Assembly (NCBI GenBank): GCA_964016885.1
Contig: OZ024742.1
Span: 266,662,001 to 266,726,000, forward strand
Source: Eledone cirrhosa
Taxonomy: Eukaryota
Length of the DNA stretch: 64,000 bases
Direction of reading: 5' to 3'
The position numbers and the translations under genes are program-made. Positions 50,182 to 64,000 of the stretch are shown here, piece by piece (position 1 is the stretch's first letter; every line of letters starts with the position of its first letter). A model generated the notes under the pieces. The model saw nothing but the letters and a program-made list of their open reading frames with translations. It did not search any database and had not been told where the DNA came from.

Positions 50182-52581
50182 TGTATGTATGTTATCTCTT
50201 TCTCTTGATTTCGAGTATATTTTTTTTGACCGGCCAACTTCCTGGTGGCAAGGTTGTAAAAGAAAAGAAATTGTCATCCATTGAATCGCAAGAATGTTTT
50301 GCAAATTTTGAAGGTGCCAGCTATCGCAGCAATTTGTAGACTATGAATTAGGGAGCTGCGCTTTTTGTCCGCAAATCCAAGTTCAGTCATACTTTGGTCC
50401 AAGCGGGTTGGTATATAACCGGTAGCTCGAATAATGATGGGTATGAAGCTAAAGGTGTATCTTGGATATTGGATGTGTAAACTCCTCATCAATGGTCCGT
50501 AGATGTCCTCCTTCTCCTGTATTTTTCTGACAACGTTTACATCAAGTGGGCAGCTGATCTCCACAACAGAACACGTTTTCAATGTGTGGTCCCAAACAAC
50601 AATATCAGGCCGGTTGTGCTTTAATTTGGTGGCAGTTTTTATTTTCAGGTTCCACCAGTATTCCTTAGTGCCATCTGTCTCAATATATTCTTCCTCGTTT
50701 GTTGTTAATTTTATTTTCCGAAGTGCATTCCAGATGGTTCTAGCTACCCCATCGTGTCTCATGGGGAGGTAGTAGCGAGATGACATTCTTTCGCAGCTGG
50801 CAACAATGTGGCTTACATTCTCGATCTTTGTTTTACATAGCCTACATTTATTGTCAGCTGCTGGCCCTCCTCTTTTGTGCAGCAGATATTTGGTAGGGAG
50901 TTCTTGTTCCTGTATTGCATAGAGATATCCCTCAAGGTGTGATGTCATAAACTTGTCGGAACTCCATGCCAGGCTTTTTGAGTGGTTTATCCCCTCTATG
51001 GTCTGTGTTTTACGTCTCAAGTATCCATGCACAACTTTTTCTGTAAATTGGTCAATTTTTTAATCTTGTTTGAACATTGAATAGGATCTTCCGATTTCTC
51101 TGGGTGAGAGATTTATATCAGATTTTATTCCATATCTCTCCTCCAGATCAGTCGCTATACTAATGATATTTTTTTTTCATGCTCATAAACCTGGGCAAGA
51201 TGGTTGCCAACCTTTTTCCTCTGTTGAAGGTGTTGCTATCCGGGTCTCATATGTTGTTAATATTGATTTTAGACCCCGGCCACCTTCCATGCGTGAGAAG
51301 TATAGCCTATCCACATTACCATTGATGTTAAAGTTCCCAGTAACACTGAGAAGTTTGCGAATTCTAACATCCATCTCACTTAGTTCTTGCAATGGCCAGT
51401 TCAGCAGGCCAAATGTTGGCGTTAGAATTGGCACAGCATAAGTATTGTGGGCAATGTATTTGTTGTACGCTGACAGTTCTGATGACCATATTTTCTTTAC
51501 TCTTCTGAGGTATTCAGTTCTGGTTCTCTCCTTATTTATGGGTCCATCATATCTAACATTCTCATCCTGTCCAAGATATCTGTAGTTGTCACCTGACTGT
51601 AGAGGTTGTATTGTCAGGCCGTTCATCTCTAGATTTCTAGAGGAGGGCTCAGCTCTTCCACGTTTTACTGCCAAATAAGCACACTTGGACTCACCAAATT
51701 TCATTTTGTCGGTTGAAAATTGTGTAATGAGATCCAATTGTTTCTTGATGTCATTGATATTTGGCCCATACAACTTCAGGTCATCAACAAAGAAAAGATG
51801 GGAGATACTTCTGGACCCACTTCTTTGTCCACCTTGTTTCCTGAGTAGGTAAGATAGTGGATTCAGTGAGAGAACGAAGAGTAGCACTGACAAGCTATCA
51901 CCCTGAAAGATACCCTTCTGGTAATGTATCTTATCAGTCTTAACTTTCTCCTTCTGACCTCTCAGGATCAAATTGGTGTACCAGTTCTTGGTCAGGCGTT
52001 CAACAGCAACTACCAATGGTTGTGGGACTTTGGCTAACTGTAAAGCCTTAATAATCTACCCATGAGGTACATTATCAAATGCTTTTTGATAGTCCAGGCA
52101 CACCGCAGTCATGTTTCTGCGATTCTTTGTTGTTTTTTCCTGAATAATTTTATTAGTTAGTAGGTGATCTATGCAACCCCACACCTCCCTCTTTCCACCA
52201 GCTTGCTCAGGTGTTATGATGTTGTTGGTAGCACAGTGATCCTGTAAGAACAGGTTAAGGCACCCAGTATATAATTTATACATGATGTTATGGCAGGCTA
52301 TTGGGCGGTAATTTTTAGCAAGGGTGGTTTGGCTATTTTTGGGAATGAGGAGAGTAGTGGCAGTTGATAACCATCTGGGCAGTTCTTGTGTGCCTTTAAT
52401 GGTTTCTGTAAACAGCGGTATGAGATCTTGCCGATAGAAAGTGAAATTCTTCAACCAGTATTCTGTAATGAGGTCTGGGCCTGGCGATTTCCTATTCGAC
52501 ATTTTCTGTAGAGCTGTTTCCAGTATTGACCCATCTATGTCATATTGTTTTGTCTGGACATGTTGGCAGTAGTCCTGTTCC
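50182..52581 (-). mobile_element. 5'-truncated family E copy (RT and RLE)
   Basis: Near-identical to 39995-42389; followed by (TATG)n at 52582-52657. Confidence 0.93.
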
Positions 52582-53939
52582 ATGTATGTATGTATGTATG
52601 TATGTATGTATGTATGTATGTATGTATGTATGTATGTATGTATGTACGTATGTATGCGTAAGTGTATGTGTGCATGCAGGCATATATGAATGCATATATG
52701 TATGTAAGCATTTAGAATCTCACATTCTAAATATGACATCTACCATATTTGTGATACAGATATTTCCCCTACTCTGTGCTGATGCACATATCAGTCCTTT
52801 CTCGGCAATAGAAAGTATACAACTCAATTTTGCTAGCTGAGTGGACTGGAGTAATGTGAAATAAAGTGTCTTGCCACTTACTATGATATGATTGTGAGTC
52901 GAACACCCTAATCATTAAAACATGCACCTTTTCATTACTCACATCGCTCTCATAAACCACATCAAAAACTTTTCTATGGACTATTAGTTGAAAGACTTAC
53001 ACATATAAAAGTTACGGTGTATTGGTTTACTGAGATACTTGCTTCACTGTAACTTGTACCCAATCTATAACGTCTACTTCTCTGAAATCATTTCCCTCCA
53101 GTATTGCAGCTCTCCTTTTTGTAGTACCTCAATACTATGTTATTCTATACGGACATTAACTTATATAGTCTGTCTATCAACAGAACTGTCAGAACAAGTA
53201 TGCCTTATCATTGATCGTCGTTCTCTTCCTTCACCTAATCCCATCCTATCTCCATCTTCTTCTATGCCTACATCTTTCCTCCTCCTCTAAACCCGCTTCC
53301 AACTACTACAAAACAAGTGAAACATTAATGTCGTCTTAATTATTCTAAGTCTAAAAGCCCCTTTTCTTCAAATAAGTCTTTTTCATTTGATTCACCTTCA
53401 CAATCATTGTTGTTACGATCGAATCGGTAACAAAATCATTCTAATGATATAGATGACGCTGTCATTGATGACAGCGGATTAACATGATGGTGATGATGAT
53501 TGTCATCGTCATCATTATATTTACTATCCTTAATCAACATAACCACCATAAGCCGTATCATCGCTATTACAGCTTTCTTAGTAATATAACAGCATCAGCA
53601 ACATCAACAATGACAACGACAGAAACATCAACGACAGGAAAAAGACCACCACCACCACCACCAAAACAATAACACCGACAACAACACCATACCCCTTTAT
53701 TAATGATGTGCAATGATGTGGAACATATTTCATTATATTTAATGTTTTCGAAATTGGTTTTTCTTTTAAGTTTTGCATTGAACGTATAACTCTTTGAACG
53801 TTTATGGCTTTTGATCTCCTACACCCTATCTCTATTTCTCCTTCCCTTTCCTCCATATCTATCCTTCTCTGTAGATATATCTCATTCTCTCTCCTCTTTC
53901 CCTCTCTTTCTCAGTGTGTGTATATATACATATATATAT

Positions 53940-53981
<42 letters not shown>

Positions 53982-53983
53982 AC

Positions 53984-54015
<32 letters not shown>

Positions 54016-54584
54016 ATGTGTGTGTGTGTGTGTGTTGTCGATAATTTAAGTGGTAGATTAAAAAACACGAGCATGTGTCGCTCTGCCCGATTGAGTCCCT
54101 CCCAGATGGTGCCCCAGCATGACCAGTCTAATGACTGAAACCAGTAAACAAATAAAATAGAATCATTCCACAAAATGCGTAGAATGGGAGGGGATCTGAG
54201 GAAGAGAAGGAAAAACATTAATTCAAACTGAAGATAGAAACTGTTCCTTGTGTCATTCTGCATGGTGTTTGGTGATGATAGTGGTATAGTGAGGTGTGTT
54301 GAAATAATGCACCGCGGAAAATGCAAGTGGAGTGTTTTAAAAACTATCTATTTGTGTTTCCTTTACCGGTTTCACAGTTCTTATGCTTTTCAAAAGTAGA
54401 ATTGAGATGGAGGGTCTGTGGTTTTTGTCGCACCTGGATGGTGTTCGAAGGTTATTTCTGTTTTATATGGAAAGAGTGGCTCGAATTGGTGAGTTAAAAA
54501 TAAAATAATTCGGTCGGCTGATGACTGTCACGTGAATAAGTACATCAACTTTCGCGCCAGTTCGTATTTGAGGGTTCCTTATTG

Positions 54585-54622
<38 letters not shown>

Positions 54623-55070
54623 GAATTTAGCTTCGATATAGCTGTATACAAATATGTATACAGCTAAAGTCTAATTCTATTTTATGTTGAGCCATGTTAT
54701 AGAGCTTCATATGCAAGCGAGGCTAATCAGCCCATTCACACAGGCGAAAAACCTATATATTTTCGTGTCTTAAAAATACAGCAGTAGGGAGAGGGAAGCA
54801 TTGTCCTGATGAGAACGATTTAATTTCAAAATGCATAGACAATTATACCCCATGCTTTTGCTGGACTCCGCCCTACGGCGCCGCCGTCAGTCTTCTATTC
54901 AACGCTGAGGCTTTCAAAATGTTTATCTATTAAACATATCGTATATCTTTAGATATGCGAAATTCACCCCCACACACATGTATGTGTGCGCGCGCGTGTG
55001 TGTGTGCGGTCTGTGTGTGTGCAAGTGTGTCTGTGCCGGCTTATCGGCTTATGTATAAGTAGTGTCTTGC

Positions 55071-55125
<55 letters not shown>

Positions 55126-56055
55126 TATAGATAGATATGTATATATTGAGTTGAAAATTATGTGAGAGAATTTACAGTGAATGTATTAGCATGTAGAACT
55201 CTAACACGAGGTATTTCGAGATATTGTATAAAAACGAATACTTATATACATATATACTTAACATATACATGCATATAGACGCACAGACACGCACAGACAC
55301 ACATATATATATATATATGAACACATGCGTGTACATATAATTAAATACTGACACACACACACGCACACACACACACACATAGACATATGTGTTAGTGTGA
55401 ATGAGGGCGTAATCCATTTTTCATATAATTGCAGCCCTTGTATGAATCTGTGAGTATTCCGAATAACACCGAGAAGCTAAAGTAATTGAATAAAAATAGA
55501 CTGACAGAGTTCTATGAATATACATACAGATTTAAATTGAGAGGAAGTCAATTCACATATACTTACACAATGCTCCATAAATGTATGTAAACCCCCACAC
55601 AAGTGTGTGCATATAAGTATTTTATATATATATACATACTCTCATGCACGTACACACACACACACATACACACTCACACATATATATATATATACGTATA
55701 TTAGATAGATAGAGAGTGAGTGCGAGAGTGAGAGAAAGAGAGAGACAGCCTAAGTAAATAAAATTCGTGGTCAACTGAACCACTTACTTTCTGAATTAAT
55801 GTGTAAGTGGCTGAGCATTCCACAGGTATGCAAAAACTCGCAACCCCCAAGCAGCGTTAACATGAAACAATCTGAACATGAGAATTGCGGGTACAATATA
55901 TTCAACGGTTATTGACATAGTTTCCGTCAGCCTGCTTTCACTCCAACACAGTTTGATTTGTGGTTATTGGTAAGAAAAATCTCTTGTCCAGAATGTCTCA
56001 CTGTGGGATCGAAATAAGTTCGCTTCACAAGGAAGAGTTTTCCTCTTTCGATCCC

Positions 56056-56176
<121 letters not shown>

Positions 56177-56235
56177 ATAGTCGTTTTGGAAGATGGGTAA
56201 ATCTCCAGGTAACAAAATCAGGTGGTATTGAACTA

Positions 56236-56615
56236 AGAGAGAGAGAGAAGTAGTAGGAAGCGTAGAAAGAGACGTAGAGAGCATAAAAGAACGCAAGAAA
56301 GGTGTGAAAAATAACAAGAGATAGAGTTACCTTGAAAGTGATTTAATAGTCCCTATATTTCGGATTTCACATCCACCAACAGGGGAGGAGGTTTCGGAGA
56401 GGAAAGAGTTGTGCCGGAGAAGGACTACACGTGGCCTTCGTTGTTTATCGAGTGCGTAACCTCCCTGTTGGTGGATGTGAAATCCGAAATATAGGGTCTA
56501 TTAAATCGCTTCCAAGGTAACTCTATCTCTTGTTATTTTTTACACTTTTCTTACGTTCTTTTACGCTCTCAACTCTCTTTCTACGCTTCCTCCTACTTCT
56601 CTCTCTCCCTCAGCT
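56236..56615. repeat. ~150 bp inverted repeat with 75 bp spacer, probable inverted Penelope pLTR pair
   Basis: 56236-56385 is the reverse complement of 56461-56615; each arm holds a hammerhead-shaped motif with an altered core. Confidence 0.8.
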
Positions 56616-56648
56616 CACAAAACGAAAAACAATTTTCTTAAGGGGAAG

Positions 56649-56686
<38 letters not shown>

Positions 56687-57676
56687 GAAAGATACAGAAC
56701 TCCAGGCTCATCGGCCATTGAGGTGAACATTGGCAGTTTCGACCTCTACCAAGGTACTGCTAGTACACATGGGGTCACAGTGTCTGACACAAACCAAACG
56801 ATGTCCATTGGAGTAAGAGGCGGAAGATAAAACATTAATTTATAGAAATTAACAATCTTCTGATGTATGAGGTGGATCTAGGTTATCGAGACTAGAAATA
56901 GGTGGTGGCATAACCACTATCTATTAGAAATATATCAATTTCATGATCAATCAACTCTCTGAAACGATCGTAAAACAATGAAATAATTAAGAACCTATCC
57001 TCGTCTTTTGTTTTATTCTTGCTGCTCAATTATTTTCGCGCTCTCTCTCTCCCTTTCCCTCTCTCTCACACACACACATACATATACATATACACACACA
57101 CACGCATACACACACACACACATAGATATATATTTATTAAAATAACAGATTAAAGTTTAAGCAAAGAATCGCTGCTTTCACCCTTAACGGCATCTTCTGA
57201 AACTAAAAAAAATCGATCTGTGAACGCAGAAGTAAATATTTCGAAAAACATTGAAACCGAAGGAAAACAGAAAGACGATACTTTGGTTCGTGAAGACGTT
57301 CCCTGGCAATGAATGGAAAAAAGCGAAGATAAAACGTCATTATGTGGAGCGGTGAGAATAATTACACGCAAAGACAAAACCACGTTTATAGTATAAATGA
57401 AGTCGTAGACTAATATTCTATTTAGGAAACCGAATGATTCTCGGCTTCAGAGTTAAGAATAATGTAAATAAATTAGTAGAACGAAAATGACAGAGGTAAT
57501 TAAAATCAAATAATAAATATATACATACACGCATTTATATACGTACATACACAGGCATACGCAAAACACCCGCCATGCATGCATATACATGCACGTACAC
57601 ATAAACACGCGCACAAATACAAGAATCCGCGCTACTCCTGTACCCGTACACATACGAACGCATACACCAAATACAC

Positions 57677-57724
<48 letters not shown>

Positions 57725-57940
57725 AGTGTATATACAAATAATTATATAAACGTATATAAATATACACACATAAATACGTATAACGCGCGCGCACACACAT
57801 ACCTACAGGTAAATACACATTAATTTACCAAACGTACATCACCAAAACGCAATGTACACACCTTACATATGTGCAAACACGCATACACGCATAGGCATAC
57901 ACATATACACATAACCATATACACATATACCAGTATATAT

Positions 57941-58128
57941 AATTGTTTCTACTTTAGGCACAAGGCCAGCAATTACTCAGTGCATTACTGGTACTTTATT
58001 TTATCGACCCCGTAAGGATGAAAGGCAAAGTCAACCTCGGCGGGATTTGAACTCAGATCGTAAAGGGACGTAACTATGCTGGAAAGCATGGCGTCCGACT
58101 CTCTACCGATACTGCCAATCCACCGCCA
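57941..58128 (-). mobile_element. tRNA-derived SINE (same family as 23477)
   Basis: Reverse complement aligns end to end with 23477-23668. Confidence 0.87.
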
Positions 58129-58318
58129 GTATATATAATATAATATATACATCTATAACAAATACAAGCATATAAACGTACGAGAAAGTATACGTATATA
58201 CGTATCTTCACAAAACATACGGGTAAGGTATACTTACCTATACAAATAAGTAATGGTATAAACATAAAATATACTTAGCTACCACATCAATACATAAATT
58301 ATCCGCGTATTGTTCGTA

Positions 58319-58710
58319 CTATCCGTTAGGATATAATGTGGGGCTGTAATACAGGAAAGTTTTATGCAATTTGTGTTTACAAGCCGAAATTACCTCAGAT
58401 TTTTTGTTTAAGATGTGGTCATTGGCGTAGAGTATTTCCAGGGCTTCAGCCGCGCAAAGATCACAAGGTCTTTTATTTCCGTTATACGATCTAGCCTTAG
58501 CTAGGATCTCCCAGTGTAACCTATATTGGGTGAGGTTGTCTTTTAGACCCCAGATATAAGCTGAAAGTGACGTCATATTCCTTCTTAAAGTGTTAAGAAA
58601 AAAATGGGTGTGCATGTAAAGACGCTGCTTGAATCTATTGGCGACTAACCCTATGTAGGCCCTGTTAGACAATGTTACTGGAGAGGCAATTCTCGGATAG
58701 AGGGCAATTA
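58319..58710 (-). pseudogene. Penelope-like GIY-YIG endonuclease C-terminal fragment (different PLE lineage)
   Basis: YIGL..FKQR..H...TSLSAYIW.LKD...WEIL...CDLCAAE..ILNKKSEVISACKH. Confidence 0.8.
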
Positions 58711-59346
58711 TTACTATATATATATATATATACATACGAAGAGTAAATGGAATACAACAAAACAATGACAATATATATTTGTTTAACGCTTGATATGCAT
58801 CTATACCCCACTACATATATCTCTATCATATATATATGTATACATGCATTTGGTTGGGCTAAAAATCCACATTCGATCGCAGCACCATTAATTATTAATA
58901 TATATCTTTATTTATTTTGTTTTCGTGCAATCGACATACTCGATAACGAGAGGGCAGTAATCATATATGCATGTATGTATGTATCAGTGTCCTATTGTTG
59001 TGACGTATGACATGATCTGTGACATCTCGCAAAGAAAAAATATTACATCGTTGAAGTGTCATGTTAGTAATTTAAAGCACACACATATACATTCATCTAT
59101 GTAACAATCTTATCTTGTATCGCAATAGAATTCAACATTTTAAAGTGTCATAATGTTTAATCGTACACCTGCAGCCTCATATAACAATACTGCTGCATCT
59201 GGAACTATGTTAGTTATCAGGTCGTAGGAGTGGAATGATGTTGTTTCACATTTTATACAATATTATTAAGACAGAAAACAAAAAAGGAATATATCGCAAC
59301 ATATATGTTTCATATTGCTAACATAGCTATACGACGTTGGAATGTA

Positions 59347-59467
<121 letters not shown>

Positions 59468-59508
59468 ACTGAATGAGGAAATACATACATATACATATGA
59501 GGTTTTTA

Positions 59509-60150
59509 ATATACTATATATATAAATGAGAAAACTCATCGTTAAAATAGCTAAATGCTGACAAAAACACTGATGAGCAAACATGCCTCAGCGGACAGAG
59601 ACCAGCGGCCAACGGTCAACAAAGAGACAATGCACAAGCCGGGTGACAGGCAGATGAAATATAACAATGACTGAAAGATGTGGAAGAAAAGGAGTAGTGC
59701 GTTGGTGCACAGAAGTGACTGGAAGAAGGAAATAAAGAAAGGCGATGTACAAGACACATCTTCACCCTGATTACCTCCCAAACCAGCAAAACATTTTCGC
59801 TCGATTTAATTGAGAATACTATATTAAAATGCTGAATCGTGCAACAGAAAAATAAATCTTTCTGTGGTATGATGTGTATGTGATAAAACAAACAGCATAA
59901 ATAGAAGGACGAAAGAAAACCAAGAAAATAATGGGATTGTGGACCTCAAGTTGGGGTGTCTGTCCTAAATAGAAATCTAATTATAGGTATGATAAGGTTA
60001 AAATAACGTTGTCTCTGATCGAGATGAAGCGAAAGTGTATTTGAATACATATAAAAATGAGAAAACTCATCGCTAGAACAACCGTTAAAACAGTTAAATG
60101 CTGTCAAAGACAGCGATAGACAAAAATGTCTCAGAGGACAGAGACAAGCG
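59509..60150 (+). repeat. Two diverged ~100 bp direct repeats about 535 bp apart
   Basis: aaatgagaaaactcatcg...aaatgctg.caaa...tcag.ggacagagac.agcg at ~59524 and ~60055. Confidence 0.75.
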
Positions 60151-60287
60151 TACTCAATACATTAGTAGAGAGTAAACATCAAATTTAAGGTAGAAATGGC
60201 TTTTACATGACTAGAATTGCTTCATTCGAATGAAACATTTCTAGTATCGTAGAGGCCATTTCTATATTAAATTATATATATGTATAT

Positions 60288-60412
<125 letters not shown>

Positions 60413-60452
60413 CATATATATATATATATGTATACATATACAGACCCCCCCC

Positions 60453-60483
<31 letters not shown>

Positions 60484-61269
60484 CAAAAACGTCACACGCA
60501 TAATGTGTATGCGTGATCTTAGGATCAGGGTCAAGTTGTGGCCACCACTGTATAATGAAGGAACTGTTTCCATACAGGCCTCTTATCGGGCACCAGGAAA
60601 ATTTTACGAAAAAGCTGTTACCCAACTAAATTTGGTTTGAATAGAGTGGAGAGTTGCATTTCGAGAACAAAGGTGGCAATCCCCGAATTCCAAATTTCTC
60701 GCGGTTAAAAACCTTGAAACGTGCGTAAGTGTAATATGTGTGCGACTTAATTTAAAAAGCTAATCTGTGTGTATGGGTAATATGAGTATGACTTGAACTA
60801 AAACACTCAAGCTTTTAAAGGAGTTCGGTACAAACGGAGATCGTAGATTGTTTAGTCTTGAGGGACCAAGGCAAGTAACTTCTGATGGGATATATTCATA
60901 AACATCTGTATGTAATCTAGCGTTTCACAAATATTTAAGTCTCTTTAAAAGCTCCCCAAATTTGAACATGCAAAAACAATTTTTAATATATTCTATTTTT
61001 AATAAATAAATTCACAGTTGTATGAATAACATTACAAATGTTGATGAAAATATGAAGGAGAAAGAAAAAAGAAAAATAGATAAAAACAAAACCAAGCAAC
61101 GAACAGAGGCGAGAAGGAGTAAAGAAGGGTAGATCTGGTTAGAGGAAGATAGGAGAAAGGGCTATAAATACCATAAATGAGAGGAAAGGGAGGGAAAAAG
61201 CAAGGACTATGAGGCCCCGGAAGAAAGGGAGGGGTGATAGGTTCTATGCCTGGGGTTGGGTGGTGCTTA

Positions 61270-61935
61270 GGCTGCTTCCCGAACAAAACTGAAAAGGCAT
61301 TTTCACGGACAATGGCCAGCGACTCCTCGCGGTTTTCCTTCATCAAACGGCCGATTGTATGGTGGAGCTTGGCATTACGAAGTCTGAAGTCTCGATGGTG
61401 ACCGGTGTGAGCAGGAAGCGGCCGAACAAGCCCAAGTATTTGCTTATCTTCCTGTTCTCTGCGTTGCAGGATTTGTGGCCCAAGCGACTAAGAGGAGAAA
61501 AACGTGTCACAGCATGTGGAGTCCCAGATGACGTATTTACTTCTTTCGAATGGGAAGAGGCTAATTCCGTCGAGGCACTTGCCGTTTCCGCGGTCCAGTC
61601 CTGCTGGCTCTAGTTGTGATAAGAAGCCAGCTGCATCCAAGCTCCTTCTCAATATGTCGTTGAGAGCGGCATGTCGGGGGAACCGGCCAGCGCTCTGATG
61701 GAATGAGAGTGGGTGCAGGCCAAACTCGTCAATGACAGCTCCATAGTGGCAATTGTGTGGCTCACACACGCTGATGCCGATGCGCGTGCACTTGTCATCA
61801 AGAAGGGTACCGGTTAATGAGAAAGAGACCCGATTGAGCCACGCACCGCTGTTTGGCTGCGAAGCGGATCGGAGGCAGGTGAGGCGGTGTGGATTCAAGC
61901 CAGACTCGATGCGCCTGAATGTTGATTTCATTCTC
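61270..61935 (-). pseudogene. CRE-like non-LTR retrotransposon 3' fragment (zinc-finger region and RLE)
   Basis: SGAWL..GTLLDD..RIG..VCEPH.C..G.H.LS...RHAALNDILRRSL..AG....EPAGLDRGNGKCLDG...WDSTCCDT. Confidence 0.8.
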
Positions 61936-62025
61936 TGACCAATGTTTTTTATTTAATTATTTTTTTAATTATTATTTTGGGGATAAGTTGTCTAGTCATC
62001 TTCTTGTATCTTTTCTACTTTACTG

Positions 62026-62104
<79 letters not shown>

Positions 62105-63039
62105 GTGTGTGTGTACGAATGTGTGGGTTTCTGGTCCCTGTGTGGATATTCGGGAGCAAAATTTGTGCAGAAATTTGTACTTACAGAATTCGTGGATAAA
62201 AATGTTAGAAAGTGGAACGAATCGCCATCATTTACCCAGTATCCATTATATATAATATTTGTTACAATCCACAAAATTGAATACAAATACAGCACGCACA
62301 GAATAGATAGGAGGCACAGCTGTCGTTCCGTTAGACAGATCACTTTGTAGGATAATTATTACTATGAATCTTTTCTCCCTTTTTCTTTCAATTTTCTGTT
62401 TCGATTCAGTTTTTTCTTTCTTCTTTTCTTCTTGAAATATTAACTACGATCAGGGATTAAAACTGCGTCGCAGATTTTGTTCGTCATGAGATGTTTACCT
62501 CCAAAAACATTCCATTTACTTGTTTACACATTAGGTAAATGGAAATTTCATGAACCTTCTTAATAAATTGTATGTTGTTTTTTTCCAAATTGATCGTATA
62601 CTTCTGTGTATTATATCTATAAGGTTCCAGGTGAAACACCATGACTATAATACAGTCCCTCGTTGGTCTAATTATTTTTTCTTGGAGGGTCGCAACAAGT
62701 GGTTGTGTGTGTTGCTGTTGACCCTCGCAGAACCCTAAGAAAACACGTCCATACAGTTCGGCTACCCTAACACTTAGTACTTATTTTTTCAAGTTTGATA
62801 CTTATTTTATTAATCTCTTTTTGTCGAACCACAAAGTTACGGGACATAAACGAATACAGATAAGGTTCATCATTATCATAATTTAATGCCCGTTTTCCCT
62901 CCTTTACGATAGGCTTCCGCAATTTCCATCTACCTAGTGTGTAAATAAGTAAAAATAATTTGCGACGCGGTTTCAATCTCTGATCGTAGCTAATATTTCT
63001 CTTCAATTACGTATGGAATGTTGTTCTGGGTATATCGAT

Positions 63040-64000
63040 ATCTATATATATAAAACAAAGAATGTCTGTGTATCTGTTTCCCTAAAACTCGTCAAGTACC
63101 CAACTGTTTTTTTACACATGTAATACGCATGGCCCTGTGAGTGTTTTGAGCAAAAAGAATTTTCAAATTATTTAGTCCTAGGGATCGAATTAGTGAAGTG
63201 GCCAATGTCTGTACATAATGAGGGAGTGAGAGGGGGAGAGAAAGAAACGTAGAGGCGAAGTGACGAAGTGGCTCTCTACTTCTCCTCCACCATCTCCCCA
63301 TTCGTCACAGCGTTTTTCGATAGAGGGGAGAAATGTGAGAAAGAAACAGACAGACTAAAAGAGGGGAATAGCGGGAGAGAGAGAGAGAGAGAGAGAGCGA
63401 CAGACGCTGTGTTTGATACATGATAGTAGAAGAGGGGAAGGAAAGCTATAACTAATTAATGTGTGCGTGTGTGCGTGCGCGTGCGCGTGTGTGTTCGTGC
63501 AGCGTTCCACTAAGAGTTAAATCTATTAACATGTGTGTGTGTGTGTGTACGTGCACACGTGATGAGGTCATGCAATACCAAGTTGGCCGTTACATCAGCA
63601 GCAACAATGCTTTCTGGCGTATTTTCGTCTTCCCTATACACCAAAGGCACCCTGCAATTGAACAGCTCGCAGTCCACCTGGAGAACGGTCAAAGGATGTA
63701 CTTCACTGACGTTAATGTTGCTCAAATGGTGGAGGAACCACGGGAAACCACCCTCACTGCATTCATCAAACTTTGTCAGGCCGATTCATTTGCTGAAGCC
63801 CTGCTGTATCCTCAGGTGTCGTCCTATTACACATGGAATAAACAACAATGGGTTCGCAGAAAGGCAGGTCAGCTTGTTGATGGACATCATGGCATAAATT
63901 TTGACAGTTGCCTAGGGAGAGTTTACACAGTGCACCCGAACCAGCATGAGTGCTTCTACCTCCGTCTTCTTCTACATGAGGTAAGAGGACCCCAGTCCTT
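63040..64000 (+). mobile_element. Second Helitron: probable 5' end and Rep/helicase linker fragment running off the window
   Basis: a|TCtatatatataaaac..tgtctgtg start near 63041; open frame from 63558 RDEVMQYQVGRYISSNNAFWRIF.FPIH.RHPAIEQLAVHLENGQ...LGRVYTVHPNQHECFYLRLLLHEVRGPQS (absent from the ORF track because it has no stop). Confidence 0.85.

Overview
Eukaryotic, microsatellite-rich DNA made almost entirely of mobile elements; the SINE family and repeat style suggest an octopus/cephalopod genome (inference). No host protein-coding gene is supportable. The main structure is three microsatellite loci, each expanded into an orientation-consistent array of non-LTR retrotransposons. (TTA)n at 1.9-22.4 kb holds four Tx1/L1-clade copies (+) and one R4/Dong-like copy (-). 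(TATC)n at 24.7-30.7 kb holds a divergent Tx1 plus a fragment. (TATG)n at 40.0-52.7 kb holds four R4/Dong-like copies (-) and non-coding RTE-5'UTR-like units. Also present: Penelope-like remnants with inverted pLTRs and minimal hammerhead motifs, a decayed Helitron plus a mini-Helitron and a second Helitron, a CRE-like fragment and tRNA-derived SINEs. The most novel-looking signal is in the Tx1 elements: a 5' splice-site consensus (AG|GTAAGT) sits at the end of ORF1 and ORF2 ends in YTGTAG, so ORF2 looks like a removable intron. Most ORFs are frameshifted; some shifts lie in homopolymers and may be assembly errors.
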